From Candidatus Bathyarchaeota archaeon (GTDB taxonomy: Archaea; Thermoproteota; Bathyarchaeia; Bathyarchaeales; Bathyarchaeaceae), in the NCBI GenBank assembly GCA_963697165.1, contig CAVOMX010000016.1, positions 1 through 57,240 on the forward strand: a DNA stretch of 57,240 bases. The letters are read 5' to 3'. Below the pieces are notes generated by a model. That model was not told where the DNA came from. It did not search any database and saw only the letters and a program-made list of their open reading frames with translations. Position 1 is the first letter of the stretch. Each line of letters begins with the position of its first letter. Both the position numbers and the translations under genes were made by a program. This document shows, piece by piece, positions 55,568 to 57,240 of this stretch.

Positions 55568-56002
55568 ATGCCTACAAAGAATTGTCAAAAATGTGGGAGC
55601 GCTGTAACTGTAGATTCCCAATTTTGTCCAAATTGTGGAGCATCTTTTGCAGTTGTTTCAACTAAAAGTGATTTGATTGTAGTTACAACATCTACTATTC
55701 CAGGTTTCGAGATTGTAAAAGCATTAGGAACCGTTCATGGCATAACTGTTAGGACTAGAGGTGTTGGTGGAAAAATTATGGCGGGTATTGAAGGAATGTT
55801 TGGGGGAGAAGTTACTTCATATAGTTCTGAAGCAGAAAAAGCTCGAAAAGAATCAGTGGAAAGACTGATTGAAAATGCTAAAAGTGCAGGTGCAAATGCA
55901 GTGGTTCGCACAGATTTTGAGACGAGCGATATACTAAACGGAACAGCTACCATATTCTCTGCCTACGGGACAGCTGTTATTATCAAACCTCTTAAAACTT
56001 AG
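55568..56002 (+). CDS. Zinc ribbon plus YbjQ/UPF0145 domain protein
   Basis: CQKCG...FCPNCGA; VTTSTIPG...FGGEVTSY...GANAVV...AYGTAV. Confidence 0.88.
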   Translation: MPTKNCQKCGSAVTVDSQFCPNCGASFAVVSTKSDLIVVTTSTIPGFEIVKALGTVHGITVRTRGVGGKIMAGIEGMFGGEVTSYSSEAEKARKESVERLIENAKSAGANAVVRTDFETSDILNGTATIFSAYGTAVIIKPLKT

Positions 56003-56154
56003 AGATTAACAGAAACAAAAAAGGTAAGTATTAAAAAAAGGGGAGTTTTGCAGGATAAACGGGTGAAGTCTACAAAGTGGAATGAACAGCCATTTTCCTG
56101 AAGAAAAGAATTTAGTTAGTTAAATATACATTTACCATTCTTATGTTAGTTTAT

Positions 56155-56496
56155 TTATCCTTGATCTTCAAGATCCTTGATTATATCTTCTAATTGTTTT
56201 CTCATTTTTTCAAAATATGGTTCTAATACTGACGCTTTTTCTGGAGATTCTTCCAAACCTCTATAGACCTGAGTAAACATTTGACTGGAAGAATTAATAA
56301 TACTATCAAGGTATAAATTCCAAGCTTTTTCCATTTTCAATTGATTGGCTTCTTTTTCAGAAAAGCCTTCATTTAAAAGAACTTGTAGCAATCCAAAATT
56401 TGGATCATTTACCACTTCATTAGCCGCTTTCTTTTTTGCTTCTTCCAAAAATACCTTTACTGTCATTTCAGAGACTTTCTTACTCAAAAATGCCAC
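56155..56496 (-). CDS. Hypothetical helical protein
   Basis: 113-aa ORF, no recognised motif. Confidence 0.5.
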   Translation of the reverse strand: MAFLSKKVSEMTVKVFLEEAKKKAANEVVNDPNFGLLQVLLNEGFSEKEANQLKMEKAWNLYLDSIINSSSQMFTQVYRGLEESPEKASVLEPYFEKMRKQLEDIIKDLEDQG

Positions 56497-56637
56497 CTTG
56501 AATTAAATAGCATATTTTAGAATTTAAACTGTTTCCCAAAAAAAGGGGAGTTTCTGAAAGAACCCAAGTAGTCATGTGTCCACCATTAATGAAGTAGTCC
56601 TTTCCGAAGTCATACATTTTCAGCGTTTTTCTTGAGT

Positions 56638-56868
56638 TTAGTTGTCCTGTAATCGATTTATCAATCCAATCATGCTAGGGTGGAGACGAAAAATTTTCTT
56701 TTCTTTATTGAATTGAACTAAATCAAATTTAGTTAAATAATTTAAAATTATTTTTAAGTCAAATTCTTGCACTGAACAATTTGACAAAATTGTCTTAAAA
56801 TTATACCATTGTCCAGATTCGAGAATAGACATTACTTCAATGACGCTCTCCATCTTTGAAACATCCAA
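56638..56868 (-). CDS. Small wHTH-like protein
   Basis: ILESGQWY...LKIILNYLTKFDLVQF...FRL. Confidence 0.5.
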   Translation of the reverse strand: MDVSKMESVIEVMSILESGQWYNFKTILSNCSVQEFDLKIILNYLTKFDLVQFNKEKKIFRLHPSMIGLINRLQDN

Positions 56869-57058
56869 TAATGATAAGTAAAATCTGTGGTGTTAAATGG
56901 TTTGTGAAAATATCTTAGATATAATCAATTATTGTTTTCTAGATAATAATTTCTTGATTAATCTTTGAAAAAGGGGGAATTTGCAGGAAAACAAGTGGAG
57001 ATATCTCCATCATGGAAACGAAAAGCTCTTCTTGGGATAAAGAATGAGAAAACAAACA

Positions 57059-57205
57059 ATGAAATGTTCTGAATGTGGAAAAGAAATCCAGAGTCATAAA
57101 AAGCTCTGTAAAGAATGCAAAAAAAGACTTTTGTGTGAAAAGATTATTGGAGCAAACTATGATTCTATACGTTATAAAGGAGGGACAATTGGCGACCTGC
57201 TTTAA
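57059..57205 (+). CDS. Small zinc-ribbon protein (48 aa)
   Basis: MKCSECGKEI...LCKECKK. Confidence 0.5.
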   Translation: MKCSECGKEIQSHKKLCKECKKRLLCEKIIGANYDSIRYKGGTIGDLL

Positions 57206-57240
57206 ACAAAAAAAGGAAAGATAGATGGCAATGAAAGTTA

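Larger units (their letters stand above)
56033..57045. repeat. Three diverged ~75-bp direct repeats (about 56033-56110, 56537-56610, 56967-57045)
   Basis: All start aaaaagggg(g)a(g/a)ttt; copies 1 and 3 also share tttgcagga..aa...gtg.ag...tggaa..gaa.agc. Confidence 0.5.

Overview
Archaeal chromosomal window. Gene content and style (tandem thermosomes, nreA, unlinked 5S rRNA, multi-intron tRNA, PQQ-like beta-propeller surface protein, short tyrosine-integrase relics) suggest Bathyarchaeia; this is inference, not a database result. Housekeeping blocks: nucS (partial), nreA, tpiA plus DUF89 and a glycogen cluster (GDE, GH57, YHS-phosphorylase), hcp-ArsR-cupin, grpE-dnaK-dnaJ divergent from two thermosomes, tRNA-Trp/5S, DUF1512-map-trpS-pheST. 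AT-rich accessory patches between them carry gene fragments, integrase relics and dispersed repeats. Many genes, including essential ones, have 1-nt indels that are most likely long-read consensus errors. Best leads: (1) an AT-rich, tightly coupled three-gene cassette next to tRNA-Pro (SNF2 helicase, YqhG-like multi-zinc-finger protein, Mrr nuclease), a candidate defence system; (2) a ~340-nt highly base-paired candidate ncRNA after pheT that ends at a tRNA-Leu-like 3' module; (3) a tRNA-Trp gene with four BHB introns, one encoding a C/D guide.
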